From contig JBLGBN010000005.1 in NCBI GenBank assembly GCA_047617745.1, positions 1 through 36,590 of the forward strand: a DNA stretch of 36,590 nt, written 5' to 3'. How positions within the stretch are numbered: position 1 is the first letter of the stretch; every line of letters starts with the position of its first letter. Of the stretch, positions 17,694 through 27,218 are shown piece after piece. The DNA comes from Candidatus Nanohaloarchaea archaeon (GTDB lineage: Archaea > Nanohalarchaeota > Nanosalinia > Nanosalinales > Nanosalinaceae). The translations under genes were made by a program, and so were the position numbers. The notes under the pieces were generated by a model, which saw only the letters and a program-made list of their open reading frames with translations, had not been told where the DNA came from and made no database searches.

Positions 17694-19621
17694 TATTCCT
17701 CTTTCTCCTCGTCCTCTTCGTCTACTTCTTCGTAGTCGGCGTCGACTACTTCATCGTCTCCTGCAGGGTTTCCTCCTCCTCCTGCTGCTCCTCCCATGTT
17801 CTGGGCTGCTTCTTTCAGGTCTTCCTCGCTCATGTTGCTGGGGTCGAACCCGCCGGGTCCTCCGGCCTGGTCGCCGTAAATCTCTTTACCGATTTCCTGG
17901 AGCTCTTCCTGAAGTTTTTCGATTGCGTCTTCAATCTTCTCGGCTGCGGCTTCTAGATCGTCCATTTCTTCTGCTTCTTCTTTTTCTTCCTCTAGCTCTT
18001 CGATTGCATCTTCTACTGATTCTATGATTGATTCGTCGTCAATTTTGTCTCTGTGTTCGTCTATCTGTGTTTCTGCTTGACTGATGGCGGAATCTGCCTT
18101 GTTCTTCGCTTCGATGAACTCTCTTCTTCTCTTGTCCTCTTCCTCGTGTTTCTCTGCTTCTTCTTTCATATCTTCGATTTCGTCTTCATCAAGTCTAGAT
18201 GCGTCGTCGATTGTAATTGATGCTTCTTCCCCGCTTTCCTGTTCTTTTGCGGATACGTTGAGGATTCCGTCCGAGTCGATCTCGAAGGTTACCTCGATTC
18301 TTGGCTGTCCTGCTGGTGCTGGCGGTAGTCCTTCGAGGTTGAACTGACCGAGCGACTTGTTGTCTTTTGCCATCTCTCGTTCACCCTGCACGACATGGAC
18401 AGTGACCATCGACTGGTTGTTCTGTGCCGTGGTGAATGTCTTGGATTCCTCTGCAGGGATGGTGGTGTTTTTCTCGATCAGTGTCTCGGTTAGCCCTCCC
18501 TTCACCTCTACTCCTAGCGAGAGCGGTGCGACATCTAGCAGTAGGATATCATCCATTTCTCCAGAGATCGATCCGGCCTGGATTGCTGCACCCTGTGCAA
18601 CAGCTTCATCCGGGCTGACTTCCTTGTTCGGTTCCTGTCCTGTGATAGCCTGGACATGCTCTCGAACAGCCGGAACTCGTGTTGTTCCTCCGACCAGAAT
18701 GACTTCGTCGATATCGGATTTGTCGATTCCTGCGTCTTCAATTGCTGTCTCGGTTGGATCTGTTGTTCTCTGGATCAGGTCTTCGACCAGATCCTCGAAT
18801 TTGCTTCTTGTAAGCTCGTAGTCTATGTTGTATGTTTCGCCGTCTTCCTGATGGATGAACGGGATATTGACCTTTGTGCTTTTTCTGGAGGAGAGTTCTT
18901 TCTTAGCTTCCTCCGCGTTTTCTCTTATTCTCTGTAGGGCTTCGTCGTTTTCGGATAGATCGATACCGTTTTCGTCTTCGAATTTTTCGAGCACCCAGTC
19001 AATTATTTCCTGGTCGAAGTCATCTCCCCCCAGGTCGTTGTCTCCTTCTGTTGACTGTACTTCGTAGATTCCGTCCCCCATTTCTAGGACTGTTACGTCG
19101 AAGGTCCCGCCTCCGAAGTCGTAGACTAGTACTGTCTGGTCTCTTTCGTCATCAAGTCCGTATGCTAGGGATGCTGCGGTAGGTTCGTTCAGTATTCTCT
19201 CTGTTTCAAGCCCGGCGATTTCCGCTGCGTCTTTTGTTGCCTGTCTTTGTGTGTCGTCGAAGTGGGCTGGAACTGTGATCACTGCTTTCTCAACTTGTTC
19301 TCCTAGCTTGTCTTCGGCATCGTTCTTCAGTTTCTGGAGTATCATTGAGGAGATCTGCTGTGGGGTGTATTCTTCTCCTTCAAGCTCTACAGTATATTCT
19401 TCTCCCATGTGTCGTTTGATTGACTTGACTGTGTTCTCTTCATTGGTTAGCATCTGGTTCTTAGCAGGTTTACCGACTAGTCTTTCTCCACCGTCAAAAG
19501 CCACTACTGACGGTGTTATCCGTTCTCCTTCACTATTTTCCAGAATTTTTGGTTCTCCGTTTTCAATGACTGACATTGCGCTTCTTGTCGTACCGAGGTC
19601 GATGCCGATTATCTTTCCCAT
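17693..19621 (-). CDS. dnaK: Chaperone DnaK (Hsp70)
   Basis: [43 protein letters not shown]; short archaeal/Gram-positive-type N-terminal domain. Confidence 0.98.
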   Translation of the reverse strand: MGKIIGIDLGTTRSAMSVIENGEPKILENSEGERITPSVVAFDGGERLVGKPAKNQMLTNEENTVKSIKRHMGEEYTVELEGEEYTPQQISSMILQKLKNDAEDKLGEQVEKAVITVPAHFDDTQRQATKDAAEIAGLETERILNEPTAASLAYGLDDERDQTVLVYDFGGGTFDVTVLEMGDGIYEVQSTEGDNDLGGDDFDQEIIDWVLEKFEDENGIDLSENDEALQRIRENAEEAKKELSSRKSTKVNIPFIHQEDGETYNIDYELTRSKFEDLVEDLIQRTTDPTETAIEDAGIDKSDIDEVILVGGTTRVPAVREHVQAITGQEPNKEVSPDEAVAQGAAIQAGSISGEMDDILLLDVAPLSLGVEVKGGLTETLIEKNTTIPAEESKTFTTAQNNQSMVTVHVVQGEREMAKDNKSLGQFNLEGLPPAPAGQPRIEVTFEIDSDGILNVSAKEQESGEEASITIDDASRLDEDEIEDMKEEAEKHEEEDKRRREFIEAKNKADSAISQAETQIDEHRDKIDDESIIESVEDAIEELEEEKEEAEEMDDLEAAAEKIEDAIEKLQEELQEIGKEIYGDQAGGPGGFDPSNMSEEDLKEAAQNMGGAAGGGGNPAGDDEVVDADYEEVDEEDEEKEE

Positions 19622-19722
19622 TTTTAGTTTACACCTATGTTACAGTTTTAATCACAACATTAAAAATTTTTAAAGCAGGTCGGAGAAAAACTCCTGCTAG
19701 ATGGTCCGTCAGGAAATATGCT

Positions 19723-20223
19723 TTATTCGGTTCCATCTTTGGATACTACTACTTCTGCTTCTCTGAGAACTTCATCGTCGAACATGTATCCTTTCCGTTT
19801 CTGCTTCAGCACCTTGTTTTCATCTTCATGCTCTTCTGTATCGACCGCTTTGTGTAGCTCAGGGTCAAACTCTTCTCCTTCGGCTTCTATTCTCTGAAGC
19901 CCTTTCTTCTCCAGTTTATCGTATAGCTGGTCGGCGACCATTTTCACACCCTGAACCACTCCGGAGTCTTCATCTGCCGAGGCTATCGCCCTCTCAAGGT
20001 TATCCATGATTTCGATCATTTCTTCGGCCAGATCTCTTTCGGCCTCTTTCTTCCATCTCTGCTTTCTTTCACTCTCGTCTTTCTTGTAGTTCTCGAAGTC
20101 TGCCTTTACTTTCTTTGCTTTCTCCTCCCAGTCTTTTTTCTCCTCTTTCAGCTCGTCTACTTCCTCTTCTAATGTTTTCAGGGCTTCTTCAAGCTGTTCC
20201 CGGGAGAGTTCATCGTAGCTCAT
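19723..20223 (-). CDS. grpE: Nucleotide exchange factor GrpE
   Basis: ADFENYKK, DNLERA, FDPELHKAV, GY..VLREAEVVV; upstream of dnaK. Confidence 0.95.
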   Translation of the reverse strand: MSYDELSREQLEEALKTLEEEVDELKEEKKDWEEKAKKVKADFENYKKDESERKQRWKKEAERDLAEEMIEIMDNLERAIASADEDSGVVQGVKMVADQLYDKLEKKGLQRIEAEGEEFDPELHKAVDTEEHEDENKVLKQKRKGYMFDDEVLREAEVVVSKDGTE

Positions 20224-20306
20224 ACTGGAGAAGTTCTGTGTGAAATATTTTAAGATATAGAGATCTTGAGGTAGCTTTAATTTTATGTGAAACTAGTTTC
20301 TTTTTC

Positions 20307-20912
20307 ATGCATCTGGCGACTGCATTCCTGTCTTTTTTCGTATTTTTTACTGCGGTGCTAGGATTTGCTTCCGGCGATGTTGTAACGGATTCAGGCGCTT
20401 TAACCTCTCTGGATGTTTTCTGGGTTGAAAGCACAAATAACTGGGCGGGTGTTTACGGCCAGGTTTCAGGTGTTAGAGCGGTAGGAAGCCAGAATCCAAT
20501 ATTTGAATGGGATTCAAGCGAGGTAAACCATATTTACTTCTCTGAAGAGGCAATAAACTTCACGTCTAACTGGAAACCTGGCAATAAATCGCTTCTGCTC
20601 AACGAATACAGCTTCCTCGGGAACAAATCTGACGGAGTAAACACCTTTAACTCCTCAATTAATATTGATACTGTCTATCAGGAGAATACTATAGAGAACG
20701 TTCCTGCAGCCATGACGTCTAACTCGTCAGGTCAGCCTTACTGGGGAACAGGGTATCTTCATGACGGTTCAAACGGTTTTTTCGCAGGTGAGGTAGATGA
20801 GGGAGAGGCCTTTGACGGTCAGCAGGCTAACTATCAGGTTCTGCTCCCGGAGAACGGTACAGACCAATCCGCTACCAGTTTCCAGATATGGATAGAGCTT
20901 TCCGAGGGCTGA
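20307..20912 (+). CDS. Secreted hypothetical protein
   Basis: Signal peptide, N/S/T-rich beta-type sequence with several N-x-S/T sequons. Confidence 0.8.
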   Translation: MHLATAFLSFFVFFTAVLGFASGDVVTDSGALTSLDVFWVESTNNWAGVYGQVSGVRAVGSQNPIFEWDSSEVNHIYFSEEAINFTSNWKPGNKSLLLNEYSFLGNKSDGVNTFNSSINIDTVYQENTIENVPAAMTSNSSGQPYWGTGYLHDGSNGFFAGEVDEGEAFDGQQANYQVLLPENGTDQSATSFQIWIELSEG

Positions 20913-20925
20913 AATCAGATATTTA

Positions 20926-23205
20926 ATGCGGAGAAACGTTAAATTAACTATGGTGTCCCGACTCAAAATTTCTAAGCTCGTCTTAACGGTTCTGCTGTTG
21001 ACGTTGACCGTGTCCGGATATCAGATTGATCTTGATGGTGGAAATATAGAGCAGAAAGATCTCGCCTCCCAGCAGGCCAGCCAGAACTGGATAGGTATAT
21101 CTGGGGACGTGAACAGGTTTGGAGACGGTATTTTAGATCAGAAGGTCGGCCAACTGACTTTTGATAGCTCCCAGACCGGGGAAGTAATTGATACAGACCT
21201 GAAAGGGCTTAGCGGTGGAGGTTTTTACTTCGCCTTCGCACCGTATAACCAGAAAGTTGAGGTCTCCAATATTTCCAGCCCTGAACCAGGGGATCTCCAG
21301 AAAAACGGTATTTTCGGAGAAGAAGACTTCCCGGCTTTCTACCCTGACTACGCTAACATAACAGATACTCCGGATGAAACATTTACACAAAGCGAAACCG
21401 TTATGCTGGAAAACCAGCATATTAACCTCTCCAAGGCAGTTCTGAGCAGCGGTGTAACTCTCTATCTTGGAAAGTTTACCCGTAACGGTTCCGAACTTCC
21501 CGTGTTTATAGCACCTATTGACGGGTTGCAGTATAATGGTGAAAGATATCAAAGCTGTCACGATGGTGGGAAATGCAGCCAGGAGTTTATTCTGCCGACA
21601 TATGTGCACGAAGACAATGCCTACTCGATTAATTTTCTGAGTTCCGGGAAACCGATTTCTGGATGCGGAGAGATAGATTACAACGGATCTACATATGTTG
21701 AAGACGGAGCACTTTCCAGCTCTACAGCTTCATGTCTGAACCTGACCTCACAGGACCTGATGGTTGATATGCTGCACCAGTCGGTCTCCGGCTCTGGAAA
21801 ATGCGGGGTGCGGATGAACGACGATCGGCAATATCTGCGAGGAGCGGAGATAAGCGGCTTTGAGAACGGGGTTTGCGCCAGTGATTCCTCGTCAAGCGAG
21901 ATAATGAAAGCCGAGATAGACGCGGAAACCGCCGTTAACACCTCAGACTCCGATCTGGAGATCTGGGATCTTAACAGTCTTGGTAACCTGATGGTAAGCT
22001 CGAGAAACGCAAGCGTTAATATGGATACTTTCCGCGTGGGAAGCGTTGAAGTGGCAGGTATGTACAGAAATCTGGATGTCGCTCCAGCAAGTATTTCACA
22101 GCAGGTTACAGGACAGACAGAACTGAAACCGTTGAACCTGTCAATACAGGCATCTGACCAGGGCAATGGTTCTGCCGAGAACATAGGTTTCTACTATCCG
22201 CCTGTGAACGATACCGGCGTCGAACCGACTGATATAATGCATATAAAACAGGTTAATGGAAGCTTTGAGGTCGAACAGATGGAGAATGTAAAGGTTGACC
22301 TCTCCAGCGAACGTCTTATATTCAGTGAAACCGAGGTCTCGGATTTCTCATACTTCGCTGTTTTCGGGGAAGAAGTAGAGGAGAAGGAGGTTGTTAGAGA
22401 GGAAGAAGTGGTGGAAGAAGTGGTTGAGGAGAGAGTTGTGGAGGAGACAGTAGTCCCGCCTCCACCTCCGCCAGCACAGTCTCCTGAACCTATAATGCTG
22501 GATCTGAATGCTACGGAAGAGAATGTAACTGTTACAAAAGGCGGAGTCGCGGAAATAGGTTTTGAGGTGGAAAACTACGGTGATATTTCGTCCGGCCAGT
22601 TCTTTGTCGGTGCTACTCTGCCGGAAGGATGGTCTATAGTATCGGAGCCGGTTGATCCTATTTCACCGGGTGATTCTGCAGAGGTGCAGGTCCTGGTCGA
22701 AACTTCAGAAGAGATTGAGGTGGGTAGATACACACATAACTTCCAAGCTTTCCGGAACCGCAGCACATTTGACATAGCCCCTGTTGATATGGTTGTACAG
22801 CCTTCTGAAACAGATATCAGCCTTGATATACTGAGCGGGCCAAGCTATCTAACCCCTAGGACAGGTGAGGAGCATACGATAGGTATTCTGGTCAGGAACT
22901 CAGGTCCTGTAGATATAGAAAATGCTGAACTTGGTTTCCGCAATCTCGAGGAATGCGGGCAGTTTGATTCCGACAGTTACCAGGTTGAAGGAGGAGGTCA
23001 GGAAACCTTCAGGTTTGATTACCGGGCCGCAGATCAGGCGCTCACCTGTACAGGAGCTCTTACAGTTAAGGAAGGGAACAGAACCCTGGCTTTCCATCCG
23101 ATGAAGATCGATGTGTCAGGGGCTCCTGACAGAAGCTCACCTGTTGTGCTGCCTTTAATCTTATTTGCCTGGACGATCATAACTGTGTATGAGGTGTTAA
23201 TGTGA
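20926..23205 (+). CDS. Large membrane-anchored surface protein (domain related to the upstream ORF, beta-helix-like region, Ig/NEW3-like domains)
   Basis: Signal peptide, paired Cys, EEVV/poly-Pro linker, ATLPEGWS..ISPGDSAEV NEW3-like motif, C-terminal TM helix; start may be ATG 20950. Confidence 0.8.
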   Translation: MRRNVKLTMVSRLKISKLVLTVLLLTLTVSGYQIDLDGGNIEQKDLASQQASQNWIGISGDVNRFGDGILDQKVGQLTFDSSQTGEVIDTDLKGLSGGGFYFAFAPYNQKVEVSNISSPEPGDLQKNGIFGEEDFPAFYPDYANITDTPDETFTQSETVMLENQHINLSKAVLSSGVTLYLGKFTRNGSELPVFIAPIDGLQYNGERYQSCHDGGKCSQEFILPTYVHEDNAYSINFLSSGKPISGCGEIDYNGSTYVEDGALSSSTASCLNLTSQDLMVDMLHQSVSGSGKCGVRMNDDRQYLRGAEISGFENGVCASDSSSSEIMKAEIDAETAVNTSDSDLEIWDLNSLGNLMVSSRNASVNMDTFRVGSVEVAGMYRNLDVAPASISQQVTGQTELKPLNLSIQASDQGNGSAENIGFYYPPVNDTGVEPTDIMHIKQVNGSFEVEQMENVKVDLSSERLIFSETEVSDFSYFAVFGEEVEEKEVVREEEVVEEVVEERVVEETVVPPPPPPAQSPEPIMLDLNATEENVTVTKGGVAEIGFEVENYGDISSGQFFVGATLPEGWSIVSEPVDPISPGDSAEVQVLVETSEEIEVGRYTHNFQAFRNRSTFDIAPVDMVVQPSETDISLDILSGPSYLTPRTGEEHTIGILVRNSGPVDIENAELGFRNLEECGQFDSDSYQVEGGGQETFRFDYRAADQALTCTGALTVKEGNRTLAFHPMKIDVSGAPDRSSPVVLPLILFAWTIITVYEVLM

Positions 23206-23453
23206 GCCAGCAACTGTTCGACGATCAGGAAAAACAGGAGAAGCAGGTCCAGGTGAAGGATATTGAGGAAAAAGGTTCTATGCTGGACAGATTAAGCATC
23301 CCGAATATATCGTTCTCTACACCGTCTTTACCGACTCCAGATGTTTTCGATGGCAGCGGGATATCGGATAGAGGCTTTCTTTTTATATCGGTCGAGCTCT
23401 TGCTGGTTATCTATCTGGCTCTTGGCTACGCAGGGCTGGTCCCGTTGTTCTGA
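23202..23453 (+). CDS. Small tail-anchored membrane protein
   Basis: GTGA overlap with the upstream stop, GAGGTG SD, C-terminal hydrophobic helix. Confidence 0.7.
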   Translation: MSQQLFDDQEKQEKQVQVKDIEEKGSMLDRLSIPNISFSTPSLPTPDVFDGSGISDRGFLFISVELLLVIYLALGYAGLVPLF

Positions 23454-23883
23454 TTAGCTTGAAAGCTGCCTGTCTTATTAATGCTTTCTGCTCCTCTGAA
23501 ATCTCCTTGTCGCCGTAATCTATCTCGGTAACGTACTCGAAAAGGCTTTTGAGGGCTTCCTTCCGGTCTTCGTCCTCTACCTCCATTTCTTCAATCTTGT
23601 CTATAGCCTCGTCGTAGGTTGTGACCTCAAGATCGTATTTATCTTTTAGGAGGTGGAATAAGCGCTCCGACAGGTCGGATAGATCGTCCTCGAACTCCTC
23701 GAAGTCGGTTTCCTCGTCAAATACTCTTTCCTCGAACTCAAGTATTTCATCTATTCTCCTCGAGTTTTGGTCAAGTTCTTCTTTAATCCCGTTCAGCTTT
23801 CTTCTGTGCAGGATATATACGGTTCCTGCGGATATAACTGCGCCCGCGGATAAGGCAAGGCTGGCGTAGTCTACTAGAGCCAT
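23407..23883 (-). CDS. Single-TM acidic helical protein
   Basis: N-terminal TM helix, then acidic helical region. Confidence 0.75.
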   Translation of the reverse strand: MALVDYASLALSAGAVISAGTVYILHRRKLNGIKEELDQNSRRIDEILEFEERVFDEETDFEEFEDDLSDLSERLFHLLKDKYDLEVTTYDEAIDKIEEMEVEDEDRKEALKSLFEYVTEIDYGDKEISEEQKALIRQAAFKLIRTTGPALRSQEPDR

Positions 23884-23918
23884 AGGGTAATTAATAATCT
23901 TCTAATTCAAATAAGTTA

Positions 23919-24855
23919 ATGGCGGAGATCATGGACAAACGGTTTTTGAGGCTGGTTTTTTGCCTACTGGCATTTTCGGTGCTGATTTTCCCCCTAGCTG
24001 GTGCAGAGCAAGCTCACATATTGAACTCTGGGGACTGGAAGGATACTGTATCTGCTGTGACGTTTTTTCCTGGCGAGAAATTTCTGGTGAGAAATCCCGG
24101 CGAGGCTGAGAGAGCTGTAACAGAGTATAACAGTTCGGCTGTTGTGGTTAATTCTAGAGAAAATACAGGCTTTACAGGTCTGGCTTCAAGAATAGGGGGG
24201 GAGAAAACCGGTTACTCCTATGAGGATGTCTACCAGAATTCCTCGGACCTTGAGAAACTCTATATTGTAAATCCTGGTCTTGCCTCGGAAGCGCTTACAG
24301 CCCTACCGGAAGCCCTTGAGAAAGATAAAGCTTTGACGTTCTACTCGTCTGAAAGTCTGGAGAACCTTGACAGCACTGTAAAGACTGTCTTCCTAGGATC
24401 ATACATAGATAAGCCATGGAAAAACAGGGAGAATTCCAAGGTTATTTCCTCAGGTAGTTACCAGGAGCTGAACCGGGAGTTCAGCGAAGTCTAACGGTAT
24501 CGCAATAGGAAGAAACGCAAAAGCTGCCGCAGAGAACTCTCTAGCTCTCGGTAAAAGTGCAGTTGCGGATGAAACCGGACTTGCTGTAATCGGGAGTGAG
24601 CAGAACAGGATGGACCTTAAAGTTACAGGAGATCTGGAGGTTGAGGGCAGCTCGGAAGTCTGGACAACCTCTGTCAATCTAACCAGTGAAGCCAAACATG
24701 TCAATTTAACTAAAGTAAGCTCCGAAGGCGGTTACACAGTTTCAGCCACCCCTGTAGGTAGTATGGAGAGAGTAGGCGTTTTCAACAAGACTTCTACCGG
24801 TTTTGATCTCAGATCTACAGGTGAAACCGGAGTTGACATCGCTGTATTCCACTGA
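23919..24855 (+). pseudogene. Interrupted or chimeric surface-protein gene: signal-bearing ORF 23919-24494 plus +1 frame 24472-24855 with YadA-head-like repeats
   Basis: The second frame is open from 24472 and reads SNGIAIGRNAKAAAENSLALGKSAVADETGLAVIG upstream of its first ATG (24610). Confidence 0.55.
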
Positions 24856-24893
24856 CAGCTATAAAATTTGAGCTATAATTAACTTACAGATTA

Positions 24894-25301
24894 ATGGATT
24901 ACGCTTTCGGTATCGTTGAACCCTGGAGTTATGAAAGGACTTTACCTTCAGCCCATGAAGAATCTTGGAACAGTTTTCCGGTTGAAGCCGCCAAGTTCAT
25001 TCTAACATCGGAGCCGGATCAATACTATAATGGTCCGTTCGACGTTATTAAGCCGGAGGAAGTAGACGACTACCTTGAGTTTGTCGATAAAGAAGGTGTA
25101 TTCCTTTCAGGAGATCCGGAAGATGTAGTTGATGCAGAGATTGAGGGCGACCTCCCGGAAGACAAGGTTTTCCACCTTTACCCTCTTGAGGAGCATATAG
25201 ATAGATACGGTGCTGAGGTCGGGCCGGAGGGAGTCCTCTCGGCTGTAGGTCTCGGCGATTATAGAGTAAAATCTCTTGACGATATTCTTGGATACCAGTA
25301 A
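24894..25301 (+). CDS. Acidic hypothetical protein
   Basis: 135-aa acidic ORF. Confidence 0.7.
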   Translation: MDYAFGIVEPWSYERTLPSAHEESWNSFPVEAAKFILTSEPDQYYNGPFDVIKPEEVDDYLEFVDKEGVFLSGDPEDVVDAEIEGDLPEDKVFHLYPLEEHIDRYGAEVGPEGVLSAVGLGDYRVKSLDDILGYQ

Positions 25302-25331
25302 TTCATATACCTCCTTTGTTAAGAAAACTGT

Positions 25332-25802
25332 ATGTCGGAAGAACATCCGTTTGTCGATGAGGAGGCCAGGAAAACCTCGACCATTGTAACCAAAAACTCT
25401 ATAGCTATTCCCAGGGATACTCAGAAGTTCAAGAAGAGCGAGCGGGCGTGGAACTGGGAGAAAATAGTTGATTTATTCTTCCCACATGAGCAGTCGCCTA
25501 AAAGGAACAAGTACGCCAAGATATTTCTACGGGAACTGAAAGACGAAGGTGAGATAGACTCTGAAAAACTGAACAGTTTCGATAAGTGGGGACATGAGAA
25601 GGGCAAGTCCAACCTGAAGAACAATATTCTTCCCAAGCTGAGGCGTCTAGGTGTTATAAAGTACGAATACCTGGAGTACAGAGGGAATAATGAGGGGGAG
25701 AAAGGCAGGAGAAAGCTGATTAAGCCGGCGAAGTCTTTCACTTCGACTCTGGATTCTATGGCGAATGGCTGGGCTGCTTACGAGTCAGCTGCCTCTGAAT
25801 AA
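25332..25802 (+). CDS. Lys/Arg-rich hypothetical protein, possible winged-helix nucleic-acid binder
   Basis: NLKNNILPKLRRLGVIKY..GRRKLIKP resembles a wHTH recognition helix and wing. Confidence 0.7.
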   Translation: MSEEHPFVDEEARKTSTIVTKNSIAIPRDTQKFKKSERAWNWEKIVDLFFPHEQSPKRNKYAKIFLRELKDEGEIDSEKLNSFDKWGHEKGKSNLKNNILPKLRRLGVIKYEYLEYRGNNEGEKGRRKLIKPAKSFTSTLDSMANGWAAYESAASE

Positions 25803-25812
25803 AAAAGAGAAA
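25801..25812 (-). terminator. Pyrimidine/T-rich terminator
   Basis: Minus strand TTTCTCTTTTTT directly after a three-helix domain. Confidence 0.6.
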
Positions 25813-25924
25813 GAGGAGGTTGACAGGACGCGAGTATTATTTGTTGTCCTGTTGCCGGAGGTGTGGAAAAGCACTAGGTCTGGCGGTAAAGATAATATAA
25901 AGTTCTCCGGCGTTTGCTCCTCTT

Positions 25925-26050
25925 CTAAAGTGCTGTTGCGGTTAAGACCGTTGCTTCCGGGCTGAGCTCTGTCTGTGGTCGGCTGTTTCTCTCTTCCTGT
26001 GCCTGAAGCTCGGCTTCGAAGTCTCGTGTGTTTGCGTTAATTGTTGACAC
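25925..26050 (-). CDS. Possible 41-aa acidic peptide inside the candidate RNA (MSTINANTRDFEAELQAQEERNSRPQTELSPEATVLTATAL)
   Basis: Read manually, GTG 26050 to TAG 25925; Glu-rich like the host proteome. Confidence 0.4.
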   Translation of the reverse strand: MSTINANTRDFEAELQAQEERNSRPQTELSPEATVLTATAL

Positions 26051-26408
26051 CTGGCTTGTTTGATCCTGGGTTGATCTCGTCTGAGTATATGTTCCGGAGG
26101 ATGACCATCACCTTGCAAGCGATAGCCATCCTCTTGGATTTCCCCTACGGCGTGGAGATGGCAGGTATGTGGAAATCCTGTCCAGTTGTGGTCTTGTGTT
26201 TTCGCGGTCGGCTCGAGACTGGCTCCAATTTGGGAGCCAAGGCGTCATTCCGCTTCACTCTGCCAGAATGCCAATATTATAGAACTTGGTAAACTTAGCC
26301 TTGGCCCTGTTGCAGCTATAGCTCACGGGCATCATATGCATACCGGTGAACCAGGATGTGTTTGCTAGGGCCATTTTTGACTTTCAACCGATAATTGGGG
26401 TCAGAGTC

Positions 26409-26424
26409 TTATAAATATTTCTAT
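26409..26424 (-). promoter_or_regulatory. BRE/TATA promoter for the candidate RNA
   Basis: Minus strand ATAGAAATATTTATAA immediately after the exonuclease stop codon. Confidence 0.65.
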
Positions 26425-27179
26425 TAACCCTGGATGTGTGGCCGGTAGAAACGGCTTTCCAGCCTCTGATGAACTATTTTAGCCAGTTCCTGGAGGTTAC
26501 GGGCATCGTAGCCGTTGTACTCAACCAGTTTGTCTAGAGCGTTCTCGTCGTTCTTGTTCTCGTACTTCTTCCATAGCCTTACAGCTTCTCTTCCGTCAAC
26601 ATCCTCTAGGTCTCTGTCGATCCCGATCTGTTTCTCTATCTTCTTCAAACCGCCTGAAAGCCCGATTCTTTTGCAGGGGTACATCAGATCGAGATGTGGT
26701 GTTTCGATTTCCATGCTGAAGTTGTGTTCCAGAAACGGTTGATCAAATTTTTTGCCGTTGAATGTTACCAGCATGCTTGAGTTGGAGATTTCTCTCTGGA
26801 TATTTTCTTTAGTCAGATTGTCGCCTCTAACCAGGGTTTTTGTCTCGCCGGCTCTGTGGAATGCGATAGTTGTTACTTTGTTTCTCTGTTTGTCCAGTCC
26901 GGTTGTCTCGATGTCAAAGAAACAGGCGTTCTCCTCAAAGTTTCTATATGCTCTCCAGAGGCTTTTGTTCGGCAGTTTATCGCCGAAAAAGTAGCTGTTA
27001 CCGACCTCTAGGTTCTTCCGGGCTTTCTCAAGAAACGACTCAACTGTTTCGCGTCTGGAATCTCCTATGACATCTGCCTGAGAAACATGGTCCCAGTGGG
27101 TGACATCGTTTTTCCATAACTTTTGCTCGGTTTTTTCCCCGATTCCTGGTGCGAGAATGAAACTGTTCTCCAACTTCAT
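26424..27179 (-). CDS. YprB-like RNase H-fold (DEDD) 3'-5' exonuclease
   Basis: N-terminal HhH-like PGIGEKTE; FFDIETTG, TFNGKKFD, GGLKKIE, YNGYD. Confidence 0.9.
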   Translation of the reverse strand: MKLENSFILAPGIGEKTEQKLWKNDVTHWDHVSQADVIGDSRRETVESFLEKARKNLEVGNSYFFGDKLPNKSLWRAYRNFEENACFFDIETTGLDKQRNKVTTIAFHRAGETKTLVRGDNLTKENIQREISNSSMLVTFNGKKFDQPFLEHNFSMEIETPHLDLMYPCKRIGLSGGLKKIEKQIGIDRDLEDVDGREAVRLWKKYENKNDENALDKLVEYNGYDARNLQELAKIVHQRLESRFYRPHIQG

Positions 27180-27218
27180 AATAAAAAAGAAAATAGTGAA
27201 ATAGAGTTAAGAAAGATT

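Larger units (their letters stand above)
25801..26389 (-). ncRNA. Candidate large (~590 nt) structured RNA of unknown family
   Basis: Own TATA box and terminator, at least 10 predicted helices of 7-16 bp, G-U pairs only on the minus strand, A-rich linkers, no credible long ORF. Confidence 0.7.

Noticed and set aside
23407..23453. 47-nt convergent gene overlap as a regulatory feature
   Set aside because: Short 3' overlaps recur in this compact window; nothing else supports a function
26255..26374. 39-codon minus-strand ORF (MALANTSWFTGMHMM...) at the 5' end of the candidate RNA, and + strand ORFs 25765, 26041 and 26186
   Set aside because: Composition is unlike the acidic proteome, and the sequence is better explained by base-paired helices
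25801..26389. RNase P RNA or SRP RNA as the identity of the structured locus
   Set aside because: No GAGGAAAGUCC or ACAGAA..GGCUUA motifs. CAGCCCGGAAGCAAC only loosely resembles SRP helix 8 and lacks its 3' GGAGC strand. The length exceeds typical archaeal SRP RNA. A highly divergent form still needs a cmscan check.
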